This document shows, one piece after another, positions 1 through 11,010 of a stretch of DNA of 64,000 nucleotides (position 1 is the stretch's first letter; each line of letters begins with the position of its first letter). The notes below the pieces were generated by a model, which saw only the letters and a list, made by a program, of their open reading frames with translations, searched no databases and was not told the DNA's origin. Both the position numbers and the translations under genes were made by a program. The stretch lies in NCBI GenBank assembly GCA_020633845.1, contig JACKCW010000001.1, positions 206,250-270,249 on the forward strand, written 5' to 3'. This stretch comes from Bacillales bacterium (GTDB taxonomy: Bacteria > Bacillota_I > Bacilli_A > Izemoplasmatales > UBA1188).

Positions 1-1310
1 AAGACACTGTTTCTCATCAACTAACCGTTATCGGCGGCCAAGTAGAAACCGCCAAAGAGTCAAGAATAAGAGGTGTGGGTTTAAGAGTTGCTCTTGGAGC
101 CGATTATGTTTATGGTTATACCAATAACTTTGATAAAGAATCCTTATTAGCTTTAGCATCTGATCTTTCCGCAACTTTTTCCGCTCCTTTAAAAGAAATA
201 GTTCCTCTAAATGAACTAAAAAAGGGAGAACACCATAAGGTGAAAATCTATCCTAAAGACGTTACGAACGAGATGAAAAAAGACATCGTTATGAAAGCTT
301 ATAACGCGGCCAAAGCTTATAGCGACGAAATAACTCAATCAGTAGCGACTTATATTGACTGGACACAAAAAGTAGAAATCGCCAAGATGGACGGAAGATT
401 TATCGAAGATGAAAGAGTTTATACAAGAATCGCTATCTCGGCGGTGGCGTCTAACGGAAAAGAAAGCGAATCGGGCTCGGATAACCCGGGAATGTCGATG
501 GGTTTTGAAGTCTTTGACGGCATTATTGATCCGGAAAAATCCGGAAAAGAAGCCGCAAGACAGGCAATCGTTAATTTACACGCTAAAGACTGTCCTTCGG
601 GAGAAATGCCGGTAATAATTGATAATGGTTTCGGTGGCGTTATATTCCATGAAGCCTGCGGCCACGCTTTAGAAGCTACCGCAGTAGCGAGAGGCGCCTC
701 GGTATTTGCCGGGAAACTCCACGAAAGAATTGCTCATGATTGTGTCAGTGCTCTTGACGACGGGACAATAGAAAACGCTTGGGGTTCTGAAAACTATGAT
801 GACGAAGGTAATCTGCAAAAGAAGCGCCTTTTAATTGATAAAGGTATTCTTGTTTCATATATGATTGATGAATTAAACAGTAGAAGGATGAATCTTCCTT
901 GTACATCATCAGGAAGAAGAGAGTCGTATAAATACGCCCCTACTTCGAGAATGTCCAACACTTATATTGCCGAAGGCGAATCCACTTTAGAGGATATGCT
1001 CAAAGGGATTAAATTCGGACTTTATGCTAAAAATATGGGCGGCGGATCTGTTGATCCTGCCACCGGCGATTTCAACTTCGCCGTTAGAGAAGGCTATTTA
1101 ATTAGAGATGGTAAAATAGCCGAAGCCGTTAAGGGAGCTTCTCTTGTCGGAAATGGCGCGGTTATTCTTAAAAATATTGATATGGTAGGAAAGAATGTCG
1201 ACCTTGGCCAAGGTATGTGCGGCAGCGTCTCCGGCTCAATTCCTACTAATGTCGGACAGCCGGCAATCAGAGTATCAAAAATAACTGTCGGCGGAAGGAG
1301 TGCTAAATAA
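1..1310 (+). CDS. tldD: TldD-family zinc metalloprotease; 5' end lies upstream of the window
   Basis: Frame is open from nt 3 (DTVSHQLTVIGGQVE...), so the ORF-track start at 75 is internal. HEACGH (HExxxH) motif present. TAATG stop/start overlap with the downstream paralogue. Confidence 0.9.
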   Translation, partial: DTVSHQLTVIGGQVETAKESRIRGVGLRVALGADYVYGYTNNFDKESLLALASDLSATFSAPLKEIVPLNELKKGEHHKVKIYPKDVTNEMKKDIVMKAYNAAKAYSDEITQSVATYIDWTQKVEIAKMDGRFIEDERVYTRIAISAVASNGKESESGSDNPGMSMGFEVFDGIIDPEKSGKEAARQAIVNLHAKDCPSGEMPVIIDNGFGGVIFHEACGHALEATAVARGASVFAGKLHERIAHDCVSALDDGTIENAWGSENYDDEGNLQKKRLLIDKGILVSYMIDELNSRRMNLPCTSSGRRESYKYAPTSRMSNTYIAEGESTLEDMLKGIKFGLYAKNMGGGSVDPATGDFNFAVREGYLIRDGKIAEAVKGASLVGNGAVILKNIDMVGKNVDLGQGMCGSVSGSIPTNVGQPAIRVSKITVGGRSAK

Positions 1311-2611
1311 TGGAATTCAAAAAATTATTTGATCTAGCCAAAAAAGAAGGGATAGAAGATATCCAAGTTGTGATAAACAACGGCGACTCCCTGCAAATCG
1401 AAGTTTTTAATCAAACAGTATCGAGTCTTCAAATTTCAAGACAATCCAGTCTTTCCGCCAAAGGGATATATCAAGGAAAGATGGGATATTATTCTACCGA
1501 AGTGGTTTCGGAAAGCGAATTTCCTTTAATAGTGGAAAAGATTAAAGAAAACGCGGGAATTATCACTTCTACAGACGAAGTATTTATTTATGCCGGCGAC
1601 GAACACTACGAAAAGATTGAAGGACAATTCAACGAAGAATTAAAAAATACCGACATTAAAGAAAAAATCAATCTTACCCTGGCTATTGAAAAAAATATCA
1701 AGGAAAAAGAAAATGTCGGTTATTCAGAAGCCGATTATAACGAAGAAAACAATAAAATGATTATGGTCAACTCCAAAGGCCTAGAATTAAAAGATGAAGG
1801 CAACTTAGCAGAAGCGGTCGGAGTTGCGGTTGTTAGAAAAGACAATGATTCGAGAACTGGCTTTGAAGTGGTTATGACTAACGACTTTAAGAAATTAGAC
1901 GCTAAAATGCTTTCGGAAGAAGCCTATAATAAAGGCGCTTCTTTAATCGGCGCTAAACCGGTAGAATCCAAACAGTATAAAGCGATCTTAAACGAAGAAG
2001 CCACTGCCACTCTCGTTCGCACTTTCTCTTCAATGTTTTCGAGCGAAATGGTACAAAAAAATCTATCCATTCTAAAAGGTAAAGTTAAAGAAGTTATTGG
2101 ATCACCGGTTCTTACTATTGTTGATGACCCATTCTTAAAAGAAAGTTTTTCTTCTACTTCCTTTGATTCTGAAGGAGTGGCAACCAAATATAAAGAATTA
2201 GTTAAAGACGGAGTTTTAACCGGCTTTATCTACAATCTGAAAACCGCCAAGAAAGAAGGAGTTAAATCGACCGGTAATGGTTTTGGTAGCGGATGCGCTC
2301 CGATTAACCTTTATATCAAACCGGGAGATAAAACCAAAGAAGAACTGATTCAAGGATTAGATGAAGGAATTTTAATCACATCTCTTCAAGGCTCTCATTC
2401 TGGGGCGAATCCTTTATCCGGAGACTTTTCTTTACAAGCTACCGGCTTCTTAATTAAAGATGGTAAAAGAACTCAACCGGTGGCTCTTGTAACAGTGTCT
2501 TCCAATATTTTAAATATCTTTAAAGATGTTGTAGCGGTAAGCAGCGAACTGAAAAATGGATACAATTCTCCGGCGATAGAAGTTAAGAAAGTGTCCGTTG
2601 CGGGGCTATAA
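1310..2611 (+). CDS. pmbA: PmbA/TldE, partner subunit of TldD
   Basis: 433-aa TldD paralogue without the HExxxH motif. Conserved C-terminal region (GSHSGANPLSGDFSLQATG). Translationally coupled to tldD. Confidence 0.88.
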   Translation: MEFKKLFDLAKKEGIEDIQVVINNGDSLQIEVFNQTVSSLQISRQSSLSAKGIYQGKMGYYSTEVVSESEFPLIVEKIKENAGIITSTDEVFIYAGDEHYEKIEGQFNEELKNTDIKEKINLTLAIEKNIKEKENVGYSEADYNEENNKMIMVNSKGLELKDEGNLAEAVGVAVVRKDNDSRTGFEVVMTNDFKKLDAKMLSEEAYNKGASLIGAKPVESKQYKAILNEEATATLVRTFSSMFSSEMVQKNLSILKGKVKEVIGSPVLTIVDDPFLKESFSSTSFDSEGVATKYKELVKDGVLTGFIYNLKTAKKEGVKSTGNGFGSGCAPINLYIKPGDKTKEELIQGLDEGILITSLQGSHSGANPLSGDFSLQATGFLIKDGKRTQPVALVTVSSNILNIFKDVVAVSSELKNGYNSPAIEVKKVSVAGL

Positions 2612-2614
2612 AAC

Positions 2615-3139
2615 ATGGACAAGAAAACGGATTATATCTATTTTCTTAAAGAAAACAGTGACCTTTTAGGTGAACTTAAAGAACATATTACTCTGACTTA
2701 CGACCTCTTTCATCCAATCATAATTGTGCTTAACTATTTTGTGGAACACAATATGGAAATTGAAGATTTATCAAAGAAAGACGCGGAAGATATTTTCTCT
2801 ATTGGGTACTATTATCTTTTTAATAATCTAGATACGGTTAAAAATATTCTCGCCAACAACTTTGCGATGGATATTGAAGATTTGGTTTCTTTTGATGAAA
2901 ACCTCTACCTGATTTTAAGGACGGACGAAACCGACTCAATCACGGAAGAAAAAAATCCGATCTTAGCCAAAATCCTAGATCAACTTTATTTGATGACGGA
3001 AAGAAGACAAAAGGTTTCACCATCCTTAATGGAAAATATCGAAAACGAAATTGAGGACGCGATAAAAGAAACGGAAGAACCCTTTACCTCTGATTACTTC
3101 ACCGATATTGCGGAAGCTTTAGATTTAGAACTAATATAA
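2615..3139 (+). CDS. hypothetical acidic protein (174 aa), probably co-transcribed with tldD-pmbA
   Basis: Clean ORF starting 4 nt after the pmbA stop. D/E-rich, no recognisable motif. Followed by the bidirectional terminator at 3144-3168. Confidence 0.6.
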   Translation: MDKKTDYIYFLKENSDLLGELKEHITLTYDLFHPIIIVLNYFVEHNMEIEDLSKKDAEDIFSIGYYYLFNNLDTVKNILANNFAMDIEDLVSFDENLYLILRTDETDSITEEKNPILAKILDQLYLMTERRQKVSPSLMENIENEIEDAIKETEEPFTSDYFTDIAEALDLELI

Positions 3140-3143
3140 AAAG

Positions 3144-3168
3144 AAAACGGCTGATTTCAGCCGTTTTT
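3144..3168. terminator. bidirectional intrinsic terminator between the hypothetical gene (+) and lysS (-)
   Basis: aaaacggctg-attt-cagccgtttt: a 10-bp stem flanked by an A-run and a T-run. Confidence 0.8.
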
Positions 3169-4648
3169 ATTTGTTTTTCATATGCGGGAATAAGAGTACG
3201 TCTCTAATTGAAGGACTCTCGGTAAAAAGCATTACCAGTCTATCAATTCCTATCCCAACCCCTCCTGCTGGAGGCATACCGTATTCCAGGGCCTCAAGGA
3301 AGCTTTCATCGATATCGCCGGCTTCGTCATTGCCCATATTTTTTTCTCTTAACTCTTCTTCAAATCTCTTTCTTTGTTCTACCGGATCATTGAGTTCCGT
3401 GTAGGCGTTAGCGTATTCCATACCGCCGATATAGAACTCGAATCTTTGAACGAATCTTTTATCGTTCGGGTCTTCTTTAGTTAATGGCGATATTTCAATC
3501 GGGTGTCCAATAAGGAAGGTTGGTTCTATTAGAGAAGATTCGCAGAACTCTTCAAAGAAAGCGTTAATGATATGACCGACGGTAAAGTGTTTTTCCACTT
3601 TAATCCCGGCTTTTTCAGCTAAAGCTCTAGCCTCTTCTAAAGTATAATTATTTCCTTTAAAATCAATTCCGCATTTTTCTTTAACTAGGTCAGTCATATA
3701 AACTTTATTAAAAGGCTTTTTGAGGTCTATTTCATTTTCTCCTACTTTAAAAGTATATTTAGAAAAAACATCTTCCGCGATATGACGGAAAACCCCTTCC
3801 GTTATATCCATCATGCTGGAAAGATCTCCATAAGCTTCATATAACTCAACAGTAGTAAATTCCGGATTATGTTTGGTGTCAACACCTTCGTTTCTAAAGA
3901 GCCTACCAATCTCATATACTCTTTCCATGCCACCAACCAAAAGCTTCTTCAGAGGAATTTCGGTTGCGATTCGTAAATACAAATCCATATCAAGAGCGTT
4001 ATGGTGAGTCACAAACGGTCTTGCGGTAGCTCCGCCCTTAATCGGTTGAAGAACTGGGGTTTCTACTTCAATGAAACCCAAAGAATCAAAATAGTTCTGC
4101 ATCGAACGGACAATTCTCGGTCTTAAAAGTGCGGTTTTCATACTATCGTCGTTCATGATGGTGTCTAAATATCTTTTTCTATATCTTTCTTCCACATCTT
4201 GAAGACCATGGTATTTTTCAGGAAGCGGTTTTAAAGCTTTACTTAGATGAACATATTCGCTGCACTTAATGGTTATTTCTCCGGTTTGGGTTAGCATAAC
4301 GGTGCCCTTTACGCCGCAGATATCACCGATATCGGCCATCTTAAAAACGGCGTAGTTGTCTTCGCCGACATTATCAACCCTGATATATATTTGAATCATT
4401 CCGGCTCTGTCTTTAATCGAGAAGAAGCTGGCTTTACCCATTTTTCTAATAAACATAATACGTCCGGCAACTGTAACTTCCGCTTTCATTTCTTCTAGTT
4501 CTTCGTGAGTTTTGCCTTGGTATTTTTGTTTTATATCGCTGCTTTTATCTTTAACGCCAAAAGCGTGTCCGAAAGGGTCAATGCCCATTTCTCTTAATTT
4601 TTCGGTTTTGAGCCTTCTTGCGGCTTCTTGATCGGTAAGTTGATCCAT
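3167..4648 (-). CDS. lysS: lysine--tRNA ligase, class II
   Basis: 493 aa. Class II motifs (RLFRNEGVDTKHNPEFT; GGVGIGIDRLVMLF) and an N-terminal OB-fold region. Confidence 0.95.
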   Translation of the reverse strand: MDQLTDQEAARRLKTEKLREMGIDPFGHAFGVKDKSSDIKQKYQGKTHEELEEMKAEVTVAGRIMFIRKMGKASFFSIKDRAGMIQIYIRVDNVGEDNYAVFKMADIGDICGVKGTVMLTQTGEITIKCSEYVHLSKALKPLPEKYHGLQDVEERYRKRYLDTIMNDDSMKTALLRPRIVRSMQNYFDSLGFIEVETPVLQPIKGGATARPFVTHHNALDMDLYLRIATEIPLKKLLVGGMERVYEIGRLFRNEGVDTKHNPEFTTVELYEAYGDLSSMMDITEGVFRHIAEDVFSKYTFKVGENEIDLKKPFNKVYMTDLVKEKCGIDFKGNNYTLEEARALAEKAGIKVEKHFTVGHIINAFFEEFCESSLIEPTFLIGHPIEISPLTKEDPNDKRFVQRFEFYIGGMEYANAYTELNDPVEQRKRFEEELREKNMGNDEAGDIDESFLEALEYGMPPAGGVGIGIDRLVMLFTESPSIRDVLLFPHMKNK

Positions 4649-4720
4649 AAAGTTCTCCTATAAACTAATACTATCAACTAATTATATCTTATACCTCGTA
4701 TATTTTCAAACCTATAAAGA

Positions 4721-4754
4721 AAAAACCGGGCGCTTGATTACGTCCGGTTTTATT
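4721..4754 (-). terminator. intrinsic terminator of the peroxiredoxin gene
   Basis: accgggcg/cgtccggt stem; on the minus strand it is followed by a T-run. Confidence 0.7.
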
Positions 4755-5426
4755 TTACTTTTTTAAATCTTTATAACAGAGCCACCAATCTTTGGATTCG
4801 TATTCTCCGTTTTTAACCTTTTCTTTTCTATCCTCTATTTCGGCTTCGCTTTTAGCCGGCGGGACAATTACCTTATCTTGCCCCAGCCAGTCGTTGTTTG
4901 GATAGTTTTCCGGAGTGGCGACTTTATATTTATCCGCTACCTGTAGAGCATTTAGAGCCCTCAAGATTTCATCTACGTTTCTTCCGATTTCCTGAGGATA
5001 ATACATCATTAAACGAATCTTTCCTTCCGGATCAATAATGAAGACCGCTCTAACTGTGTTGGTGCCTTTGGCTTCATGAATCATTCCGAGTTTTCTGGCT
5101 AGGATTCCGAGTTCATCCGCAATTACCGGGAACGGAACTTTTACGGCCTCTTTTTCAATCCATTCGACCCACTTAAGATGTGAGGTAACTTGGTCGACGG
5201 AAAGACCGACTAATCTAGCCCCGAGTTCTCTAAAATTCTTTTCTTTCTTTGAAAAAGAAACAAATTCGGTTGTGCATACCGGGGTGAAATCGCCGGGGTG
5301 ACTGAAGAGAACTACCCAATATCCTTTATAATCCTCCGGCAAATTTAATGTACCTTTTGTGGTTTGTACCTTAATTGACGGGAACACTTCTCCTAGAAGT
5401 GGCAATGCTGTATTTTCTGTATTCAT
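4755..5426 (-). CDS. peroxiredoxin (1-Cys/Prx6-like length and motif)
   Basis: [15 protein letters not shown] peroxidatic-Cys motif; 223 aa. Confidence 0.88.
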   Translation of the reverse strand: MNTENTALPLLGEVFPSIKVQTTKGTLNLPEDYKGYWVVLFSHPGDFTPVCTTEFVSFSKKEKNFRELGARLVGLSVDQVTSHLKWVEWIEKEAVKVPFPVIADELGILARKLGMIHEAKGTNTVRAVFIIDPEGKIRLMMYYPQEIGRNVDEILRALNALQVADKYKVATPENYPNNDWLGQDKVIVPPAKSEAEIEDRKEKVKNGEYESKDWWLCYKDLKK

Positions 5427-5540
5427 ATAATCTCCTTTTAAGTTTTATAAATTTGTATCATCACTTAAGATTATACTTTCTCACACAAATATGTAAAGAA
5501 ATGTGCTATTATCTTGATAGAAATAAAGGAGTAAAAAAGA

Positions 5541-6428
5541 GTGAAAAAAATTATATTTTCAGCCCTTCTTATCCTGACGGTCCTATTTTCTCTTGCGGGC
5601 TGCAGTCAGAAGATTACGCTAACAGAAAAAAGCTATAGTTTAGACAAAGAATTGTCTTCAATAATTCTCACCGACATCAACATGGATATCGTTTTTGAAC
5701 AAGGCGATAGCGACAGCCTTTCGATGACTTATTACACAAGCGAAGGCAAATACTATTACAGCATTTCTTATACCGAATCATCAGCCACTTTAAGAGTTGA
5801 AAGAAAAGATGTTCCGGCATTTCTGAATTTCTCATACACTTTCCAATCCGGTTGTAAAACCGTCGTGACCCTTCCTGCTGATTATGATGGGAACCTCACG
5901 ATTACGACCGTAAACGGTGATATAAAGCTAGATGCTGTTTCTGCGTCTAAAGTAACCTCTAAAACCACAAACGGCGATACGGTTATTAGTTCTGTTAACA
6001 TTGAAGGAGAAGGTAGTTTTAAAACTTCCAACGGAACTTATAGTGTTTCTTCCTCTTCCATTGATGATTTTTCTATTGATTCAACCAATGGGAATATTAC
6101 GATTAACGATTCAACCTTTCTTGAAGATTTTAAGGTAGAGCTCGCAAACGGAACTATCGACATTAAAAATATCGTGTCCGGAGGCAGCATCAACATTACC
6201 AATTCAAACGGATCAATATCGCTTAAAGATTCTGATTTCGCTGTTTTATGTAATATAGAAAACACAACCGGCAGCATTACCATTAGTTTAAAAGGCAAAC
6301 AAAGAGATTATTCGGTTACCGCAAGCGCCGTAGTTGGCACCACCAACTATAATAACCCTGATGGCGGCGATAAAGATGTTTACGCTTCGACATCGGTCGG
6401 CGATATAAAAGTCACCTTCTTAGGATAA
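5541..6428 (+). CDS. lipoprotein with DUF4097-like repetitive beta-rich domain (putative adhesin fold)
   Basis: GTG start 9 nt after AAAGGAG. Signal peptide plus lipobox LAGC. Repeated NG(D/T/S)I motifs ending GDIKVTF. Confidence 0.7.
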   Translation: MKKIIFSALLILTVLFSLAGCSQKITLTEKSYSLDKELSSIILTDINMDIVFEQGDSDSLSMTYYTSEGKYYYSISYTESSATLRVERKDVPAFLNFSYTFQSGCKTVVTLPADYDGNLTITTVNGDIKLDAVSASKVTSKTTNGDTVISSVNIEGEGSFKTSNGTYSVSSSSIDDFSIDSTNGNITINDSTFLEDFKVELANGTIDIKNIVSGGSINITNSNGSISLKDSDFAVLCNIENTTGSITISLKGKQRDYSVTASAVVGTTNYNNPDGGDKDVYASTSVGDIKVTFLG

Positions 6429-6432
6429 AAGC

Positions 6433-6894
6433 TTGAACATTTTCATTTTGGATAAAGATATAGAGAAGAACGCTTCTTATTATCCTAATTCCCATGTGGT
6501 TAAAATGATAACGGAATTTAACCAAATACTATCTTCCGCGCACTATTTTACAGACGATATTCCCAAAAACATCTACAAGCTTACTCATAAAAATCATCCG
6601 GCATCTCTTTGGGCGAGAGAATCTCTTTCTAATTGGCTCTGGTTAAAAGAGATGAATAAAGCACTCTCTAAAGAATACACTTACCGATATAATAGAATTC
6701 ATAAAGGCGAGATTTATTTAGACTCACTACCTGTTCCTAAAATTAAAGACATAGGCTTAACCCCATTTAAAGAAATAATGCCGGAAAAATATATTACCGG
6801 TAGCATAGTAGAAGACTACAGAAATTATTTTCTGAATGAAAAAGCGCATCTTCTTAAATGGAAGAGAAGAGAAAAACCATTCTGGGTAAAATAA
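6433..6894 (+). CDS. conserved hypothetical protein (153 aa)
   Basis: TTG start after AGGA. Cytoplasmic, Trp-rich (HKNHPASLWARESLSNWLWL). I cannot place the family. Confidence 0.55.
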   Translation: MNIFILDKDIEKNASYYPNSHVVKMITEFNQILSSAHYFTDDIPKNIYKLTHKNHPASLWARESLSNWLWLKEMNKALSKEYTYRYNRIHKGEIYLDSLPVPKIKDIGLTPFKEIMPEKYITGSIVEDYRNYFLNEKAHLLKWKRREKPFWVK

Positions 6895-6926
6895 AAACGC
6901 ATACCATTTAAGGTGTGCGTTTTTTA
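6894..6926. terminator. bidirectional intrinsic terminator
   Basis: acgcatacc-atttaa-ggtgtgcgt stem followed by a T-run. Sits between convergent genes. Confidence 0.75.
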
Positions 6927-7175
6927 TTATTCGTTTGGAAGTACTTCGTACATCGATTCGGTTTCATCCTTTTTCGTGTATTCGTTGGTGCATAAAACTT
7001 TAATTTTTAATACTTTAGATGCGTATCTTATTTCTAAGATGTCGCCTTCTTTAACTTCCGAAGAAGGTTTCGCGGCTCTACTGTTTATGTTGATTCTTTT
7101 GCTTTCGGCCGCCTCTTTCGCTATGGTTCTTCTTTTAATTAAATGCGAGACTTTAAGATACTTGTCCAGTCTCAT
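6927..7175 (-). CDS. rqcP: S4-domain RNA-binding protein, RqcP/YabO (Hsp15-like)
   Basis: [21 protein letters not shown]... closely resembles B. subtilis YabO as I remember it. 82 aa. The start overlaps the ftsH 3' end by 23 nt. Confidence 0.8.
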   Translation of the reverse strand: MRLDKYLKVSHLIKRRTIAKEAAESKRININSRAAKPSSEVKEGDILEIRYASKVLKIKVLCTNEYTKKDETESMYEVLPNE

Positions 7176-9129
7176 CTTTGGTTTCTTCTTTAGGTTTCTC
7201 TTCAGTTCCGAGATTCTCTAAAGGTTTGTTTAAATCATCAACTCTTTTGAGTTTACCGGTAGACATGATTTCTTCAATATCCGGTTTGTATATGGTCTCG
7301 GTAATTAAAAGATAATGAGCGATAGCTTTAAGTTTATCAATATTCTCGTTTAATAACTTAGCCGCTGTATTATGACAATCTTCAACGATCGTTCTTATTT
7401 CTTCGTCAATTTCATGAGCGACGGTATCAGAAAAATTCTTATTAGAGGCATAGTCTCTTCCGAGGAAGACATAACCGGAATTCTGTTCGTAGGCAATCGG
7501 GCCGAGTTTACTCATTCCGTATTCGGTAACCATCGCTCTCGCTATGGCGGTCGCCTGAAGGAAGTCGTTAGAAGCCCCGGTAGTGACTTCTCCGAAGATT
7601 AGCTCTTCAGCGGTTCTTCCGCCTAAGAGACCGGTAATTTCTTCCATTAACTGATCCTTAGTTCTTAAATACATTTCCTCATCCTTAGGGCCCATCAGGT
7701 TATAGCCTCCGGCATCTCCTCTTGGGATGATAGTAACTTTTTGCACAATATTAGCGTTAGAGAGAAGCGTGCCGATAACACAGTGTCCCGCTTCGTGATG
7801 CGCAATAATTTCTTTTTCTTTTTTAGAAATGACACGACTCTTTTTGGCCGGGCCCATCATTACTCTATCAATAGCCTCTCCGATTAAATCGGCAGTAATT
7901 TCTTTTGATCCGACTCTGGCGGCTAAAAGCGCGCTTTCGTTCATGACGTTTTCGAGGTCGGCCCCGGTAAAGCCTGGAGTTTGATGAGCGATTAAAGATA
8001 AATCGACATCTTTAGCTAATTTCTTGCCTCTTGAATGAACCTTAAGAATAGCTTCTCTTCCTTTAACATCCGGAGTTTGAACGTTTATCTGACGGTCAAA
8101 TCTTCCCGGACGAAGAAGGGCGGGGTCAAGGATGTCCGGTCTATTAGTAGCGGCGATAACGATAACGCCGGTGTTGGTTCCGAATCCGTCCATTTCAACT
8201 AAGATTTGGTTTAGAGTTTGCTCTCTTTCATCATTACCGCCTCCAAGCCCGGTTCCTCTTTGTCTGCCGACGGCATCAATTTCATCCATGAAAAGAATAG
8301 AAGGAGCACTCTTTTTAGCGTTTTTAAACATGTCTCTCACACGACTCGCACCGACACCGACGAACATTTCGACGAGATCTGATCCGGTTGTGAAGAAGAA
8401 TGGAACTCCCGCTTCTCCGGCTACGGCTCTAGCGAGAAGAGTTTTACCAGTTCCCGGTTTACCATAAAGAAGAACGCCTTTTGGCACTCTCGCGCCCATA
8501 TCGGTATATTTCTTCGGGTTTTTGAGGAAGTCGACGATTTCCTCCATTTCCTGTTTCTCTTCTTCCATTCCGGCCACATCTTTAAAAGTGGTGGTAGTCA
8601 TGCGGTTTAATTTGGCCCTCGATTTAGTGAAGTCCATAGTTGACTGCATGCCGTTTTGTTTAGAAGACTTCATAAAGGCCACGATTAAGAAAATGACCAT
8701 TCCGATTAACACTACGCCAAGAATGATGTTCCAAATGCTGATAGTGCTATGAGGGGTATAAGTATAAGATACGCCAAAGGCTTCAGCTGCTTGAACATAT
8801 TCAGTGTATAAGGCCTCTGTCATATATACGTAATACACGGTATTATCTTCTAAGGTTATCGTTAGTACATAAGTGGCCCCGTTAGAAGAATCGGTTGCCG
8901 CTGTACCTTCAATCGTTTTTATCGGATTAGAACTGGAACTATTATCATTAAGAAGAGCAACGGCGTCAGTATAAGTGATTTCCGTTGATTTAGCTCCGCA
9001 TCCGTTAACGGCGTAAACTATCGCGAACAAGAAGATGAACGCAACGATGATTATCGCAAGGTTGGCCCAATTAAATCTTTTCTTATTGTCCGGTGAATTA
9101 TTATTTTGCTGCTGTCTGTTATCATCCAT
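7153..9129 (-). CDS. ftsH: ATP-dependent zinc metalloprotease FtsH
   Basis: N-terminal TM helices, Walker [12 protein letters not shown]+ SRH region, HEAGH zinc motif. Confidence 0.97.
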   Translation of the reverse strand: MDDNRQQQNNNSPDNKKRFNWANLAIIIVAFIFLFAIVYAVNGCGAKSTEITYTDAVALLNDNSSSSNPIKTIEGTAATDSSNGATYVLTITLEDNTVYYVYMTEALYTEYVQAAEAFGVSYTYTPHSTISIWNIILGVVLIGMVIFLIVAFMKSSKQNGMQSTMDFTKSRAKLNRMTTTTFKDVAGMEEEKQEMEEIVDFLKNPKKYTDMGARVPKGVLLYGKPGTGKTLLARAVAGEAGVPFFFTTGSDLVEMFVGVGASRVRDMFKNAKKSAPSILFMDEIDAVGRQRGTGLGGGNDEREQTLNQILVEMDGFGTNTGVIVIAATNRPDILDPALLRPGRFDRQINVQTPDVKGREAILKVHSRGKKLAKDVDLSLIAHQTPGFTGADLENVMNESALLAARVGSKEITADLIGEAIDRVMMGPAKKSRVISKKEKEIIAHHEAGHCVIGTLLSNANIVQKVTIIPRGDAGGYNLMGPKDEEMYLRTKDQLMEEITGLLGGRTAEELIFGEVTTGASNDFLQATAIARAMVTEYGMSKLGPIAYEQNSGYVFLGRDYASNKNFSDTVAHEIDEEIRTIVEDCHNTAAKLLNENIDKLKAIAHYLLITETIYKPDIEEIMSTGKLKRVDDLNKPLENLGTEEKPKEETKDETGQVS

Positions 9130-9137
9130 TTTTATTC

Positions 9138-9683
9138 CTACTTTTTATATACTTCTTCCTTCAGTACACCAACGTAAGGAAGGTTTCGGTAGTATTCTTG
9201 ATAATCGAGACCGTATCCTACAACGAATTCGGTCGGGATTGTAAGTCCTACATATTTAGCGTCGAAAGCCTCTTCTCTAGCTTCAGCCTTGTCGAGGAGA
9301 ACACAGGCTTCTATTGAGAGAGCTCCTTTTAAAGAGAGAACTTCTTTAATACAGTTAACAGTACGACCGGTATCGATTATATCGTCAACGATTATTACAT
9401 GTTTTTTAGCAATCGACATATCGAGATCTTTGAGAATCTTAACTTCTCTCGATGATTTGATGGTTCCGTGGTAAGAAGAAGCCCGCATATAGTCAACCTG
9501 AACCTTAAGGTCGATATGTTTTAATAAATCGGAAAAGAAAGGGTTGCATCCGTTTAAAAGTCCGATTAAGACTAAGTCTTTTCCTTGATAATCTTCGGTA
9601 ATTCTTTTTCCGAGATTAGTACAAACTTCTTCAATTTTTGCTTCACTAGCGACAATCTTCTCGATGTCTTTATCCATTATCAT
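9138..9683 (-). CDS. hpt: hypoxanthine phosphoribosyltransferase
   Basis: PRPP-binding motif VIIVDDIIDTGRT. I prefer the ATG at 9683, 6 nt after GGAGGAG, over the ORF-track start at 9701. Confidence 0.93.
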   Translation of the reverse strand: MIMDKDIEKIVASEAKIEEVCTNLGKRITEDYQGKDLVLIGLLNGCNPFFSDLLKHIDLKVQVDYMRASSYHGTIKSSREVKILKDLDMSIAKKHVIIVDDIIDTGRTVNCIKEVLSLKGALSIEACVLLDKAEAREEAFDAKYVGLTIPTEFVVGYGLDYQEYYRNLPYVGVLKEEVYKK

Positions 9684-11010
9684 ATTCGTCTCCTCCGACA
9701 TATGTTATATACAGGGTATTTTTTCCTTCACTTTTCTCTTTTCTGAGAATGCCCGGGATAAAGAAGATGCCGTCCTTGTTTTCTAGAACGAGAACGTTTG
9801 GTCTTTTTCTTAACGGAACTTTATGTTCTTTTAAGACGTCGCTTACTTTCTTGGTTATTCCTGCCACTTTTATTTTGTCTCCCGGAGCAAAGTTTCTTAC
9901 TGTGAGCGGAAAGACGCATTTTACATCATTATAGCATAACACATATGAATTTTTATTAGGCAGAAGATGATATTTTTGTGATACGATGATTGTCTTTCCA
10001 TTGGTAAGTAAGTAGTCGCCAAAGTCGCTAATTAAAAGATTTATTTTCTCATTTTCTTCTCTTCTCTTAAAGAGAAGTTTTCCGTATTCCTTATAACAAA
10101 CATAATCTTCTTTGATTTCAATTACTTTTCCTTCGTCTTTTGACATCGCTAATTTTTCTATTTCTTCAATTCTTTCATGGGTCGCAAGGACTTTGTCTTT
10201 AGTGATTATATTTATCGCTTTTAGAATAATGTGATCTTGAACCGCTTTCTTTTCTTTTTCCAGATCGGCAACTTTAAAAGAAAGAGAGTTCTCTTCAATC
10301 AAGGCCTTTTTATCAATAAAAGAAGAAGTAAGGCTATCAACTAGTTCATAAGCTTCAAAGACATCTTTAGAAAAATTCCTTATTGAAGAAAGGAAGTCCG
10401 GATTCATTTCTTTTATTCTAGGAATAAGGAAATGTCTGATTTCGTTTCTCATATAATGATTTTCGCTGTTGGAAGAGTCTTCGAAATAAGGAATATTATT
10501 ATTTTTCTCGAAATCTTCAATTTCTTTTCTTGAAGTATAAAGAAGCGGCCTGATGATTTCATAGCCGTCATCAACTGAGACTATTTTCATGCCGCTATAG
10601 CCTCTTAAGGCGGACCCCTTAATGATTCTCATTAAAACGGTTTCGGCTTCATCGTCGGCTTGGTGCGCCACCACAATTTTTTTGGTTTCATATTTATCCG
10701 CCACTCTCTTAAAAAAATCATATCTTTTCTTTCTGGCTTCAGCCTGGAAATTACCTTCAATTTCCCCTGTAAGTTCCATCCCTTCAAAAGGGACTGAAAG
10801 ATTATCACAATAGTTCTTTAAAAAAACATATTCTTTTTCGGATTCTATTCTTCTTTTGTGGTTAACATGCGCTACTACTAGATCATAACCCAAACTATAT
10901 AGATAAAAAAACAGGCTCATCGAATCGATTCCCGTTGATACCGCGATTACTATTTTTTCCTTTTTCGTGAAGAGTGAGTCTAGCTCGATATCTTTTATCA
11001 GTTTATCCAT
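9670..11010 (-). CDS. tilS: tRNA(Ile)-lysidine synthetase
   Basis: PP-loop STGIDS, conserved HVNHKRR. Canonical tilS-hpt-ftsH order. Start chosen at MDKLIKD; the ORF track extends to 11058. Confidence 0.9.
   Translation of the reverse strand: MDKLIKDIELDSLFTKKEKIVIAVSTGIDSMSLFFYLYSLGYDLVVAHVNHKRRIESEKEYVFLKNYCDNLSVPFEGMELTGEIEGNFQAEARKKRYDFFKRVADKYETKKIVVAHQADDEAETVLMRIIKGSALRGYSGMKIVSVDDGYEIIRPLLYTSRKEIEDFEKNNNIPYFEDSSNSENHYMRNEIRHFLIPRIKEMNPDFLSSIRNFSKDVFEAYELVDSLTSSFIDKKALIEENSLSFKVADLEKEKKAVQDHIILKAINIITKDKVLATHERIEEIEKLAMSKDEGKVIEIKEDYVCYKEYGKLLFKRREENEKINLLISDFGDYLLTNGKTIIVSQKYHLLPNKNSYVLCYNDVKCVFPLTVRNFAPGDKIKVAGITKKVSDVLKEHKVPLRKRPNVLVLENKDGIFFIPGILRKEKSEGKNTLYITYVGGDEYDNG

Noticed and set aside
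4649-4754. T-box or L-box riboswitch upstream of lysS
   Set aside because: The spacer is only about 105 nt and is largely occupied by the peroxiredoxin terminator. No specifier or antiterminator architecture is visible.
5512-5522. Shared 11-mer TCTTGATAGAA upstream of the peroxiredoxin/DUF4097 divergent pair and again at 46269-46279 upstream of rubredoxin, as a possible redox-regulator box
   Set aside because: In 64 kb of AT-rich sequence, hundreds of identical 11-mer pairs are expected by chance. The motif is only weakly palindromic and matches no PerR or Rex consensus I know.
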